Part shown: positions 50,701-56,692 of the stretch, in pieces
Layout: the number at the start of each line of letters is the position of its first letter
Numbering within the stretch: the stretch's first letter is position 1
Source of the DNA: Zavarzinella sp.
GTDB taxonomy: Bacteria > Planctomycetota > Planctomycetia > Gemmatales > Gemmataceae
Direction: 5' to 3'
Assembly (NCBI GenBank): GCA_043744795.1
Contig: JAYTTY010000234.1
Coordinates: 993-64,992 of the forward strand
Length of the DNA: 64,000 nt
The notes under the pieces: model-generated
What the model was told of the DNA's origin: nothing
The model's database searches: none
Seen by the model: only the letters and a program-made list of their open reading frames with translations
Translations under genes and position numbers: made by a program

Positions 50701-50819
50701 CCGAACGCGACGGGGTTTGTCCGGTCTTCCAGTTCCTGCAAGAGTATGCGCGGGGCGCGGCGGGTCGGCCGGGGGCGTAATTGATGAGCGATGGAGCGCA
50801 GCCAGTTTTCGCGAGACAT
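35784..50819 (-). CDS. Giant (~5011 aa) surface protein: SBBP propellers, SdrD-B domains, PPC domains, clostripain (C11) peptidase, lectin-like repeats
   Basis: Start MSRENWLRS...LQELEDRTNP; repeated AVDAAGNVYTTG.F.GT.DFDP and FVSKLD..GN..WA units; five GRVW.D.DGDG SdrD-B starts; EPNN PPC motifs; WTVMVYMTAD...WDHGGG...FDACFMG. Confidence 0.93.
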   Translation of the reverse strand: MSRENWLRSIAHQLRPRPTRRAPRILLQELEDRTNPVAFGYALDIGGGSDDAGRAVTTDGAGYAYVTGNFSGTVDFDPSAVVTNLTSDGGSDGYVAKYTPAGALVWAKALGGDGAAGIALDGQGNVYTVGTLFGQGDFDPSAGVYTLIGNGAWDAYVSKLDSSGNFVWAKALGGTAEDFGTGIAVDFAGTVVVTGYFRGTGDFDPGAGAYNLTSAGGDDAFAAKLDAAGNFRWAKRWGGATHDRAYGVTLDAQGNAVTTGYFTGTADLDPGPGVQNRTAAYTDGYVSKLDPDGNLLWASPLGQTGNTVSVVGTAVAVDGAGNVYTTGEFNGTADFDPSPGTFTLTNVGYENPFVSKLDAAGHFVWAKSVAGSSLEHSGGAGIAVDVGGNIYTTGYFSGTIDADPTAGTQVLNSLGSVDAYLIKWDAAGQYVWAGRTGGGGFDEGDGVATDPFGGVVVAGYFTGPVDLDFDLPAGDHTLTNNGATDGFVLKLAQQSASGRVWADTDGDGLYDNGEAAVAGAVAELLDSDDKSLGTQVTGPAGTYLFIEPPASPTDGKYRVQFRAPPGLGFTAQDQGADFTRDSDAGVGGRTAKFSLNDSPFDNVGDALSSYHQDAGLTGAAPAFGFAAMAGGSSFEEGRAVTVDAAGNVYMAGFLSSTVDFDPSVGVYQLGAAGGHDAYVAKYTTAGALVWARVFGGASSDEAAAVAVDAAGNVYTTGVFSGAVNFDPAGAAAPLTGLGQNVFVSKLDQNGDYVWAKSWTGSGRGIAADSAGNVYTTGSFAAAGDFDPGAGTATLTPGTVGDAAFVSKLDQAGNYVWAKAMTGAGTAAGTGLALDGLGGVVTTGTFTGPVDFDPGAAAAMLMTAGGFSDAYVSKLDAAGNYVWAKQLGGAANDAGAAVAADAQGNVYTTGQFRGTADFDPGAGAAPLTSAGDADAYVSKLDAAGNYAWAKPLGGTDTDQGAGIALDAAGHVHTAGSFKSTADFDPGPGAAWRAAVGVNEDIYVSELDAAGAFVSAHSFGSGSKDTGEAVAVVGRGAVLVTGEYGGTMDVDPSAAAYPFTGVGQADAFLLKFAPATIGGVVWNDLNGNGARDLDDLPVAGAVAELLDSAGKSVSVQVTGADGAYSFPAPPDVSANAYTVQFRPPAGFGFTVAGVDSDAVQATGKTAAFPLAGNQAAVKDAGLVGVAPTFGFAAPAGDSGSDGGQAVATDAAGNVYVTGYFSASADFDPSPGVYTLTSAGGSDAYVAKYTPGGALVWAKGLGGVAQEIGAGVAVDANGSVYITGSFSGTADFDPSPGVYNLTSAGTDDAFVSKLDAAGNFLWARQLGGTGVDYASALAADDAGNVYTTGLFDGTADFDPGAGVYNLTTAGAGPLETYVSKLDAAGNFVWARRFGGDSGVSGNGVAVDSQGNVYTTGHFQGTADFDPGAGNFTLRGNGFVNAFVSKLDGAGNFVWARGMGGTANVIGYAVAVDAAGNVHTTGYFQETADFNPDPAVTLNLTSFGGLDVYVSKLDGDGNFVWVRQMGGPADDIGDGVAVDPQGNVLTTGSFVGAADFDPSNGAFTLTSAGNLDAFVSKLDAAGNFILARQVGAASSDSGSSVAVDGHGGVYTAGYFGGTVDFDPSAAVFNVTAAGANDAFVSKLILAGVSGVIWDDQDGDGVRDANEPGIIDATVELFDAVDGVVGNGDDNYLEAVTTRADGSYRFREPARGGNRYIRVNPPAGTAGANPAYAEVTTPGGDSAVDRFGRSALFDLSADPVQTFTAGLRPVSAPAPAWAIGSDGADAANGVAADAAGNTYVVGAFTGVTADADQGPGETSLMNNGDGAGYVAKYDAANQLLWARVMGGSGAGNAVQAAAVAVDAAGNVVVTGTFTGSADFGATPLTSLGGTDAFVAKLGAAGTFLWAKRYGGAGNDTGGAVAVDAANNIHATGTFLGNATIGGTAFTNATGSDAFVLKLNTADGSTAAARQIGGAGSVQVAGIAANSGGVYLAGSFAGTADFDPSATTFPLTSVGGSFEDAFVLKLTTGGSLAWAKQIGGGFADTANGLALDAAGNVLFTGGFQGTVDFDPSNNPFNLTSASALSDAYAAKFDAGGNFLWVKQFGGAGDDFGSAVTADARGYVDVAGAFAGAANFNAGASPMTSAGAADTFVVKLTSSGQFVLADRLGGVGADTPSAVAVYGAGAVTVVGSFEVTADLDFGFTPFLLAAGGATDGFVSHLHEFVIQGRAWIDADADGVQDPAESEVADATVELYDSVDGVIGNGDDTLVDSVTTTTGGYSFFEPADSYGNYVRIRLPQVHLSGDNLPTYLVTPPSQGNDPAADSDIDEFGLTRLVRRTQAATAYLGAGFQEAPLTAGGWGMGAGGADTGRAVATDAAGNVYTVGTFTGTVDFDPRPATTFLTSVGAADGYVAKYDPAGNLKWAKRLGGSAADAAVAVTIDAAGNVLVAGTFTGSADFGPTTLAGHAPGRDAFVLKMTAAGDFVWAKQLGGVKDETVAGVAADAAGNVFTTGTFAGTADFDPDAKKAANLTSTLKTSPANTPSRDLFLSKLALDGKYLWARKAGDATDETAAGVGVDALGRAFVSGNHDYFEHGGFVTQFDAAGAAGWTTSLLATRLSATVAAGDGVYAVGSHFVKLNADAGYIIAYRELTQYYRAVTVDAAGSVYATGYYDDGRDFDPGPGVFPLTPAVGGVWGAFVAKYDAAGAFVNAVSASGADPAVGNGVAVTADGTVFVTGSFQAAVDFDISPAAHPVTSAGGDDAFVWKIPAGGVTGRVWHDSDGDGLRDPTEPVGAGAVVTLYHSTNAVIGDGDDVVVGAQVTAADGSYRFAAPPAGPGYYVRVQPSVAPGLTFTGRSRGGNSAFDSDVDAQGASPLFAADAAVPTVIDAGTAGVYPLFGFAWTTGGPGESAVLANTADAAGNVYVTGEFKGAVDFDAGGGTVNLTSTGVSKNAFVAKYSPAGNLLWAKRFGGSDDIGGQGVAADAAGNVYVTGRFKGSADFGVGVPALAAAGYDAFVCRLDAAGNSVWAVRLGGAGDDYGNGVAAGAGRVVVTGSFKGTADFDPGAGAAELVSYGSQDAFVCALSADGARVWARRVGGAAGDDVGRGVVINAAGAVCVAGSFSGTADFDPGTVVLDQTSAGLRDAFAWKLDKDGNVAWATRAGGPADDDAAALAVDPAGRVAVAGTFAETADFDPGAGLLEVQSDGATDAFVWQLSAAGQSVWAKGLGGEAIDAGTGVAADATGVYVAGSFQQAADFDPGAGQIRLDSAGGSDAFVAKLDPAGNRQWAHRSGGASDDTARGAAVDSAGRVTFAGGLYGPGTFDAGDGDQVLPGGPAGNFFVGRVDQTPAGGAYPLDAFEPNNAAETATDLGVVNVRQVVTGLSVSSAHDADWFQLTLLSAGQAGDGVRIDVTPGHGDITLTLFRVGQGVPVGTVTVADGSATFAEISLDGMPAGAYRVRVTGAANPAYSLTLTTPAGFSPDAAEPNDAAGAATPLGLLADQTSVSRLSVNAPGDADWFSFVTLADGTQASEVRIDFRTAQGDLDLDLFDGAGKLIRSSAGASDVEAVSLAGLPAGPYLVRVAGNGAAINPAYTLTVRPPRPLTADAKEPNNTSAAATFLGELRGDAAWDGLSIDTAGDADWFKFVTVAAGEAGHAVAIDFTHAEGDLDLRLFNAAGVVQLAASTGNGDTESVSLQGLPAGTYYAKVSGFAGATQPAYRLRVAAPVGATPADRLEENGGNQTRKTASVVQTPGQSKLEGDQSLVDLTLNTVAGRADEDWFKFTTTGKGTAQHSVTLTSPAANGKLGLELYNAAGTKLAAGVGANGSLVASLKGRAAGTYYARAFLPKGGSAGSSYAITFDTPAAAVAPDDWTVMVYMTADSLTERAFNDVNEMETAVAGLPGSVNIAVQWDQSANLKTYPTGNGTQKAWGTVGRALVAPDTNPAAVATKFEILPEKDTGNPDTLKDFVAWAKKAAPAAHYALVFWDHGGGLRGFNFDTQDGQPADHLTPGEVVTALAGQPALDLIAFDACFMGVAETAYTLRDTAAVVVGSQDAVPGDGFEYDQAFSALATNPAGVTAEALATGLVQAFAARYRTTGYADTLAAVSTAKLGDLAAALQAVVTAVDTAPVGDPVAAEAAAEDRRRVVAIAASTLLPNAAAPEQRDLGGFLATLAADATLAPAIHTAAGSALAALDTAVVSRTADLRGHSGLSVYLPVTDVGGLSINPGMISDYGFQYPGFVSATAWPVMLTELRDAVDGRPDNKDSDELPANNNVLGAATDLRLLGSAGIVKSGLSLHDIDDKDWYAFQVNADAGASLAVDVRGPAALIAELRNAANQTLATAANGRLQLADLPAGAQTFYLYFHSAAVVNSYGFTVNPPVTAADQSGNNATPDKAYALPPDAGGSYAGFAVAADSQDWLRFDTTAQTSADLRRVTLTVAGGNPVEAQLRNAAGFVVSSASGTGVLVLPYTQSGGAESYTLALVNRNTAAVSYSLRLETATAADGGHPLDRFNLGDGTSLGSGTNWDVTETMTINGGAVVVGSAAGQALWKNFTAADVGVQANFLLPATGKPAASVLARATTGAGKLTAYEARLELYKGTLTAKLYRTVNGVASLVKFAAAPKVSQGVLRFEAQGQYLRILVNGNPCLEFTDTVVLAAGRTGFAGTTDVTLDDFQANALAAPLPVSFAAVAGGLGPTWQALAGQFTAQDGKFVSGPTAAAASFTPARLADAAVTAAYSVQEAGQFVGVFARDTGAAKRSYYEAQVSFTAGGPSAKLVRYINGAAKVLTPTPITAGVPATGALRLEVLGNELRLLVKPVTGPYVVLATVRDAGVPLAGRAGVSAAAAMSVGGFGVIPLGPRVADSFNRANSTFLGNGWDEKILGLSVFGNRLTGDGNGLAVVGPMLANVSVSALVDLSGGGQHTAGLVARYANNAYYEGRLTGNGDGTVTAVIYKVIGVVQTALKTLKLKSAAGTLRFDVEGASLKLSLLNETLSVTDSAVTAAGQAGVHLGAGDAIDDFTVR

Positions 50820-51103
50820 CAGGGCAACTCCGGGCGGCACGCGGGCATATCGGCTGTGTCGGCGACGGCCGCCCACCAAAGCATAAGTCGGAACAACATC
50901 TGAGGGCTTTTGGGTCTCGTCGTGATGTTCCGCGAATCAATTGAGGCGCGCCGGGAAGCCGTCCCCGGTCAGCGCGCCCCGTCCCCGCGTGCGAATCTCG
51001 GGTAATATACCCATTTACTCACATTCGTTCGACGGCAGAATCGAAAAAGTCGGCCGGAATTACCCCGTTGATGGGCGGCGCGATCATACGCGATTCTCGA
51101 CCG

Positions 51104-54100
51104 TTACCACCCGTGACTTCGGGCCACCCGCGCGACGTCGGCGTGCTTCAGCAATTCCCGCAGAGTCGCGTCCTTTTCGACTTGGTCGCGCCAGAAGGCC
51201 GCCCGGCCGTCCGGCGGGACCAAGCCGGCGGCCCGCATGAGCAGTTCCGCCGCGTGTTCTTGGTAGAGCAGGGCCGTCGCCACGTCGCCGGCGGCCGGCC
51301 CGAGCCGGGCGGCGCGGGCGTACACGCTCGCCAAGTTGCACAGCAGCGTTGATGTGGGTTTATCCGCGTGACGAAGGGACTTCTCCGCGGTCGCCACGGC
51401 TTCGGCCCCCTTGCCTTCCAGCGACAGAATCTGCGCCCGGCCGCACAGGGCGTCCGCGAGGTCGGGCTTCGCGGTCAGCGCCGCGTCGAAGTCGGCCCGC
51501 GCCAAGGGCAGCGATTGGGCCTGCAAGTAGGCCCAGCCGCGGTAGTTCAACACCTGCGGATCGTCCTTCAACTTCAACGACTGCGAGTAGGCCAAGGCCG
51601 CCGGCGAATATTCCCGCCGGGCGGCGTGGATCAACCCGCGCGCCCGGTAAAGCTCCGCGTCCGGCGCTTTGGCGAGGCACTTGTCCAACGCCCTGCCCGC
51701 CTCGGCATGTTTGCCGAGGGCCAAAAGCGTTTCGGCCCGCTGCCGGTGGGCCGGTACGAAGTCATCAACCACCATTAAGGCCGCGTCGTACTCGGCCAAG
51801 GCGCCGGCGAGGTCTTTTGCGGTGTGCTTCAGGTAACCCAACTCGACATGAGCGCTGGCCAGCCAACGGTCGCCAAGCCGCCCGCCCGCTTCAATAGCCT
51901 TTTCATAGTCGCGCCGCGCCAGGGCATCGGCGTTTGCCTTGCGGTGGAACTGAGCGCGGGTGTAGTAAAGCTGCCCGTCCGCCGGCTGGGCCGCGATCAC
52001 GCGGTCCAGCGCGCCCAACGCGGCCGGGTCGTCGCCGAGCCGGCGGTAAATTTCGGCCAAGTTGAGGTCGGCCTGATAGCCCCCGGCCGGGCCGATGGCG
52101 GCCGCCGCGGCGAAGGCGTCGCGGGCGTCGGCCCACTGCTCGCGGATCGACGCCAGTCGGCCGCGGGTCATGTGCATGAGATACCGGGCCGCCGGCTCAG
52201 CCGCGTCGCCGGCGGCCGACAAGTCCGCCGTGGCGCCCTCGACGTTCCGCATCTCGACGCGGGCCTGCGCCCGCAGCACGCGGGGCCAGACGGCGTCCGG
52301 CCGCTGCGTCACGCACGTCGTCAGCCACGCATCGGCCAAGGCCCACTGTTGCTGCCGGAGGTGGCACAAGCCTTGCAAGTACGGCGGCCAAAAGTAGCCC
52401 GGCTCCAGCCGCACCGCCTCCTCGCACCGGCGGACCGCGGCGGCGAATTTGTCGTTCCGGTAGTCGGCCACCGCCGTCAAAAAATGGTCCAAGGCCGAGG
52501 CCGGCGGCCGGGCGGCCAGAGCAAGGTCCGCTTTCGCGGCGTCGGCATCGCCGAGCGCGGCGGCCAACGCCGCCCGGCGCGCGTACAGCGCGTTGGGGAC
52601 GGGCACTTGGTGCGCCGCGGCGACGGCTTCCGCGGCGGTCAGCGCCCGGACCGCCGTCTTCCCTTCTTCGGCTTCCGCCCAAACGAACAGCGCTTCGCAA
52701 CACCACCGGGCGGTTTGCCGGCGCTGCGCGTCCGACTGAAAATAACGGGCGACCGCCGAGAGCGGCTTGTCCCCAGCGCCGGCCGTGTCGATGTGGAACG
52801 CGGCCAGCGCAGCCGGGGCCAGCTTGGTGATGGCGAGGCGGTCGCCCGCCCGGCCGGCCGCGTCCACGCTCAAATGACGGAAGAGCAGTTCGTCCCGGTC
52901 CCGGCCCAACTGGGCGACCGCCGCCTGAACACGGTGCCGCGCGCCTTGATCCGTCGCCAAGTCACCTGCTTGGCGCCGCACGTCGAGCAGTCGAGATTCG
53001 ACCTCGGCCCGCAGTGTCTCGTCACCGGGGTCGCGCGACGCGGCGAGGACGGCCACCGCCTGTTCCATCGCGCCCGCGGCTTCCGCGAGATGTCGCGTTG
53101 CCGCGGGGGAGTCGTCGCGGGCCAAGGCCTGTCGGCCGTCCGCTTCCGCTTCGCGGCCGCGCACCCACAAGTCGTCGGCTTGACGGCGGCGTTCGCCCTG
53201 TTGCCGTAAGACGCGCGTCCGCTGCTCGGCGTAGAGGCCGTAAATCCCCGCCCCGAGGCACCCGAGGCAGACTGTGAGGAATACCGTGCCGGCCAAGGCG
53301 GGCCGGCGGCGCGCCCACTTGATCCCACGTTCCAGCAGGCCCACCGAGCGGGCCAGAATCGGCTCCGCGGCGAGGAAGCGGCGCAAGTCTTCCGCGAGGT
53401 CGGCGCAGCCGGGGTATCGTTTCGCGGGGTCTTTCTCCAGCGCCTTCAGGCAGATCGTTTCGAGGTCGCGGGGGATATTCCGCCGCAGTCTGCGGGGGGG
53501 CGACACCGGCTCGTGCTGGTGCAGGTACATTTGCTGGGCGATGCCGCCGGCGAACGGCGTCCGGCCCGTCAGCATTTGGTAGAGGGCGCACCCGAGACTG
53601 TACTGGTCGCTGGCGGCGATGCCGTTCCCGTCGATTTGTTCCGGCGCCATGTAGGCCGGCGTCCCCATTGCCGTGCCTTCCTGCGTCAGCTTTTCGTCCC
53701 CCGCCGCCGCGCGGGCCGCCAAGCCGAAGTCCAACAGCAGTGGCTCGCCGGCCTCGTCCACCATCACGTTTTGCGGCTTCACGTCCCGGTGGACGACCCC
53801 CTGCGAGTGGGCGTAAGCCATCGCCGCCGCGAGCAGTCGCGTGACGCGGGCGGCGTCGGCGGCAGGCATCGGCGTCCCGCCGGCCGCGTGGCCTTCGATC
53901 ACCGCCTCCAAGGTCTTGCCGGCGATGTACGCGGAGGCGATGTAGCAGCGGTCGTCCTGTTGCCCCGCCTCGAACAGCGGGACGATGTTCGGGTGCCGCA
54001 GGTTCCCCGCCGCCTTGGCTTCCCGAAAAAACCGCTCGCGTCGCTCGGCCGTGCCGAGCGTCCCCGGCTTGGCGAGTTTCAGCGCCACGTCGCGGTCCAA

Positions 54101-54559
54101 CTGCGGGTCGTAGGCTTGGTAAACCTCGCCGAACGCCCCCTCGCCGAGTTTCTTCCGAAGCACAAACCGGCCGACGCGGGGTTGAAACGGCGCCGTCGTC
54201 CCCATTCCCGGCCCTTCCGCGCCGGGGACGTAAGTGATCGTCTCGCGGTCGGACAGCCGGGCCGGTGGCAAGTCGATTGTCACCGAACCCGACACTGGCA
54301 CAACGGGGGTTCGCCCGTTGGTACTCGCATGAGTCGGCAGATCCAGTGTGACGGCCCCTGGGGGAAGCGCCATTGGCGTTTGGCCGTTGGTCCCCGGACG
54401 GGTCGCCAAGTCGAGTGTGATCGCGCCGGCCGGGACGGCGGGCGTTTGGCCGTTGGCCCCGGCGTTGGTCGGCAGGTCGAGCGTCGCCGGCAGTAGCGGG
54501 CCGCCGCCGCCGAAGACCAGAGTCTCCTTGGCGTTCGGCGGGCGCGTCGAACCGGACAT
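51104..54559 (-). CDS. Membrane Ser/Thr protein kinase with C-terminal TPR array and N-terminal Thr-rich tandem repeats
   Basis: LGEGAFGEV, VALK, HRDVKPQN, DFG, GTPAYMAPE; TM segment ALAGTVFLTVCLGCLGAGIYGLY; many TPRs. Confidence 0.95.
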   Translation of the reverse strand: MSGSTRPPNAKETLVFGGGGPLLPATLDLPTNAGANGQTPAVPAGAITLDLATRPGTNGQTPMALPPGAVTLDLPTHASTNGRTPVVPVSGSVTIDLPPARLSDRETITYVPGAEGPGMGTTAPFQPRVGRFVLRKKLGEGAFGEVYQAYDPQLDRDVALKLAKPGTLGTAERRERFFREAKAAGNLRHPNIVPLFEAGQQDDRCYIASAYIAGKTLEAVIEGHAAGGTPMPAADAARVTRLLAAAMAYAHSQGVVHRDVKPQNVMVDEAGEPLLLDFGLAARAAAGDEKLTQEGTAMGTPAYMAPEQIDGNGIAASDQYSLGCALYQMLTGRTPFAGGIAQQMYLHQHEPVSPPRRLRRNIPRDLETICLKALEKDPAKRYPGCADLAEDLRRFLAAEPILARSVGLLERGIKWARRRPALAGTVFLTVCLGCLGAGIYGLYAEQRTRVLRQQGERRRQADDLWVRGREAEADGRQALARDDSPAATRHLAEAAGAMEQAVAVLAASRDPGDETLRAEVESRLLDVRRQAGDLATDQGARHRVQAAVAQLGRDRDELLFRHLSVDAAGRAGDRLAITKLAPAALAAFHIDTAGAGDKPLSAVARYFQSDAQRRQTARWCCEALFVWAEAEEGKTAVRALTAAEAVAAAHQVPVPNALYARRAALAAALGDADAAKADLALAARPPASALDHFLTAVADYRNDKFAAAVRRCEEAVRLEPGYFWPPYLQGLCHLRQQQWALADAWLTTCVTQRPDAVWPRVLRAQARVEMRNVEGATADLSAAGDAAEPAARYLMHMTRGRLASIREQWADARDAFAAAAAIGPAGGYQADLNLAEIYRRLGDDPAALGALDRVIAAQPADGQLYYTRAQFHRKANADALARRDYEKAIEAGGRLGDRWLASAHVELGYLKHTAKDLAGALAEYDAALMVVDDFVPAHRQRAETLLALGKHAEAGRALDKCLAKAPDAELYRARGLIHAARREYSPAALAYSQSLKLKDDPQVLNYRGWAYLQAQSLPLARADFDAALTAKPDLADALCGRAQILSLEGKGAEAVATAEKSLRHADKPTSTLLCNLASVYARAARLGPAAGDVATALLYQEHAAELLMRAAGLVPPDGRAAFWRDQVEKDATLRELLKHADVARVARSHGW

Positions 54560-54640
54560 GGCGTGGACCCGATTAACAGGGGGACAAGCGCCAGTGTACC
54601 AGCAATCAGCCGGTGCGCCAAACCGATGGCATGCTTGGAG

Positions 54641-55882
54641 TTAGCCCAACGCCTTTGCAAACGCCGCCACGTCCGCGTGCCGGTCTTCCGGCCGGAGGGC
54701 CATCGCCTTGGCGACGGCGGCGGACATCGCGGGCGGGGTGTCCGGCCGGAGGCGGGTGGCCGGCGGGGCGGTTTCCGTCAAGAGGCGGCGGAACAGGTCG
54801 GCGTGGTTCGTCCCGGCCGGGTGCGGGAATTCCCCGGTGAGCAGGTAATAGATCGTCGCCCCGGCCGAGTATTGGTCCCCGGCCGGCTTCACCGTGCGGA
54901 AGTCCCGCACTTGTTCCGGCGGCATGAACGCGGGCGTCCCCATCGCTTGGCCGGACAGCGTCAGCCCGCTGAGGGGCGAGTCTTGGTAGGCGCGGGCCAA
55001 GCCGAAGTCGGCCACTTTCACGGTCCCGTCGTCGGCCACCAACACGTTCGCCGGCTTGATGTCCCGGTGGATGTACCCGGCTCGGTGGGCGTGGGCGAGG
55101 CCGGCCAACATGCCGGCCGCGATGCGGCGCACGTCGGCGATCGGCAGCCCCCCGGCCTTCTTCGCCTCCTTCACGGCCGTCGATGCGTCTCGGCCGCGCA
55201 CGAGTTCCATCACGAAAAAAAGGATGCCGTTCTCCTCGCCGAATTCTTCGAACCCGACGATGTTCGGGTGCGTCAGCCGCCGCAAGATGTCGGCCTCCCG
55301 AATGAACCGGCCGACCACCGCCGCGGTCGGGGTGACGGCCGGCTTGATCGTCTTCAAGGCCACGACCCGCCCGTCCGACTCGCGCACGGCCCGGTACACG
55401 TCCCCCATCCCGCCGCCGCCGAGCCGGTCCGCGATGGCGTAGCCGCGGAACAAGGGGGGCCGGCCGGCGGCGGACACTTCCCCGGTCGCCTCGCCCGAGG
55501 GCAACTGGGTGACGGTGGTCGGCTCTTCCGTGCGGGCCGCGGCGCCCGGCCCCGGCAGTGATTGCGTAATAGCCTCCCCGTCTTGCCCGGCCAACGTCAC
55601 CCGGAGGGTGGACGTTCCGACTTCGATGAGATCGCCGTTGCGCAGGGGGGACTCGCGGAGCTTTTTGCCGTTGACCAAAGTGCCGTTGCGACTGCCGAGG
55701 TCAGTCAGATGCGCCAGTGGCGGGTTGACTTCCACCAGAAAGTGGACGCGGGAAAGGTAGTCGTCGTGCGGCAGGCTGAAGGCGGCGTCCGCCGACCGCC
55801 CCACGAGGAACGTCGAGTGACGGTCGAACGAGAACGACGTTCCCAGCAGCGGTCCGGCGACCACGTCCAAGGTGATGGCCAT
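54641..55882 (-). CDS. FHA-domain Ser/Thr protein kinase, soluble
   Basis: FHA motifs VGRS, SRVH, DLGSRNGT; kinase motifs LGGGGMGDV, VALK, HRDIKPAN, DFG, GTPAFMPPE. Confidence 0.95.
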   Translation of the reverse strand: MAITLDVVAGPLLGTSFSFDRHSTFLVGRSADAAFSLPHDDYLSRVHFLVEVNPPLAHLTDLGSRNGTLVNGKKLRESPLRNGDLIEVGTSTLRVTLAGQDGEAITQSLPGPGAAARTEEPTTVTQLPSGEATGEVSAAGRPPLFRGYAIADRLGGGGMGDVYRAVRESDGRVVALKTIKPAVTPTAAVVGRFIREADILRRLTHPNIVGFEEFGEENGILFFVMELVRGRDASTAVKEAKKAGGLPIADVRRIAAGMLAGLAHAHRAGYIHRDIKPANVLVADDGTVKVADFGLARAYQDSPLSGLTLSGQAMGTPAFMPPEQVRDFRTVKPAGDQYSAGATIYYLLTGEFPHPAGTNHADLFRRLLTETAPPATRLRPDTPPAMSAAVAKAMALRPEDRHADVAAFAKALG

Positions 55883-56019
55883 TCAACCCTCGGGGCAAGC
55901 GGCTTTCTCTCAAGATAGTAGCTCCGCTCCCCGTTGCCGACGCTTGGATTCCCCGCCCCGCATGCGCTCGGTCGGCTAGACTATGACACACGACGCCGAC
56001 TTTTGATCGAGGGGACAAC

Positions 56020-56613
56020 ATGAGTGCGATTTTGAACGACGACGGCCGCGACCTTCTATTCCGCGCCGCGCGGACGCATAGTTACTGGCTGCCTCAGCCC
56101 GTGGGCGACGCGCTGCTGCGGGAGGCGTACGACCTCGCCAAGATGGGGCCGACTTCGGCCAACATGTGCCCGATGCGCGTCGTCTTCGTGAAGTCGAAAG
56201 AGGCGAAGGAAAAACTGCGGCCGTGCTTGGACGCGGGCAACGTGGACAAGACGATGGTCGCCCCCGTCACCGCCGTCATCGGGATGGACATCCACTTTTA
56301 TGAGAAGTTGCCGATTCTGTTCCCGCAGACGGACGCGAAGGCGTGGTTCAAGGACTTGCCGGAGCCGGTGTTGGAAATGATCGCCCTGCGGAATTCGTCG
56401 CTGCAAGGGGCGTACTTCATGCTCGCGGCGCGGGCCGTCGGGCTGGACTGCGGGCCGATGTCCGGGTTCGACAACGCGAAGGTCGATGCCGCCTTCTTCG
56501 CCGGCACGGCCGTGAAGTCCAACTTCCTGTGCAACCTCGGGCACGGCGACCCGGCGAAACTCCACGCGCGGAACCACCGGCTGGCGTTCGAGGAGACCTG
56601 CAAACTGGTCTGA
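56020..56613 (+). CDS. Nitroreductase family, malonic semialdehyde reductase RutE-like
   Basis: LFRAARTH, GPTSANMCPMRVVFV, RNSSLQGAYFMLAARAVGLDCGPMSGFD, NFLCNLGHGDP. Confidence 0.9.
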   Translation: MSAILNDDGRDLLFRAARTHSYWLPQPVGDALLREAYDLAKMGPTSANMCPMRVVFVKSKEAKEKLRPCLDAGNVDKTMVAPVTAVIGMDIHFYEKLPILFPQTDAKAWFKDLPEPVLEMIALRNSSLQGAYFMLAARAVGLDCGPMSGFDNAKVDAAFFAGTAVKSNFLCNLGHGDPAKLHARNHRLAFEETCKLV

Positions 56614-56692
56614 GGTCCGTTGGCGCGCGGTTTGCATTTCTGAACTCGCCACCCTTGCCGGTTAATCCCGGTACTCATTACGGAGAGACATC

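Noticed and set aside
50820-51103. c-di-GMP riboswitch upstream of the giant adhesin
   Set aside because: No GCAAAC/GNRA-receptor core was seen on either strand
55853-55882. FHA-kinase N-terminus AITLDV resembling the TLDL repeats
   Set aside because: It is most simply the first beta-strand of the FHA fold; the similarity is probably coincidental
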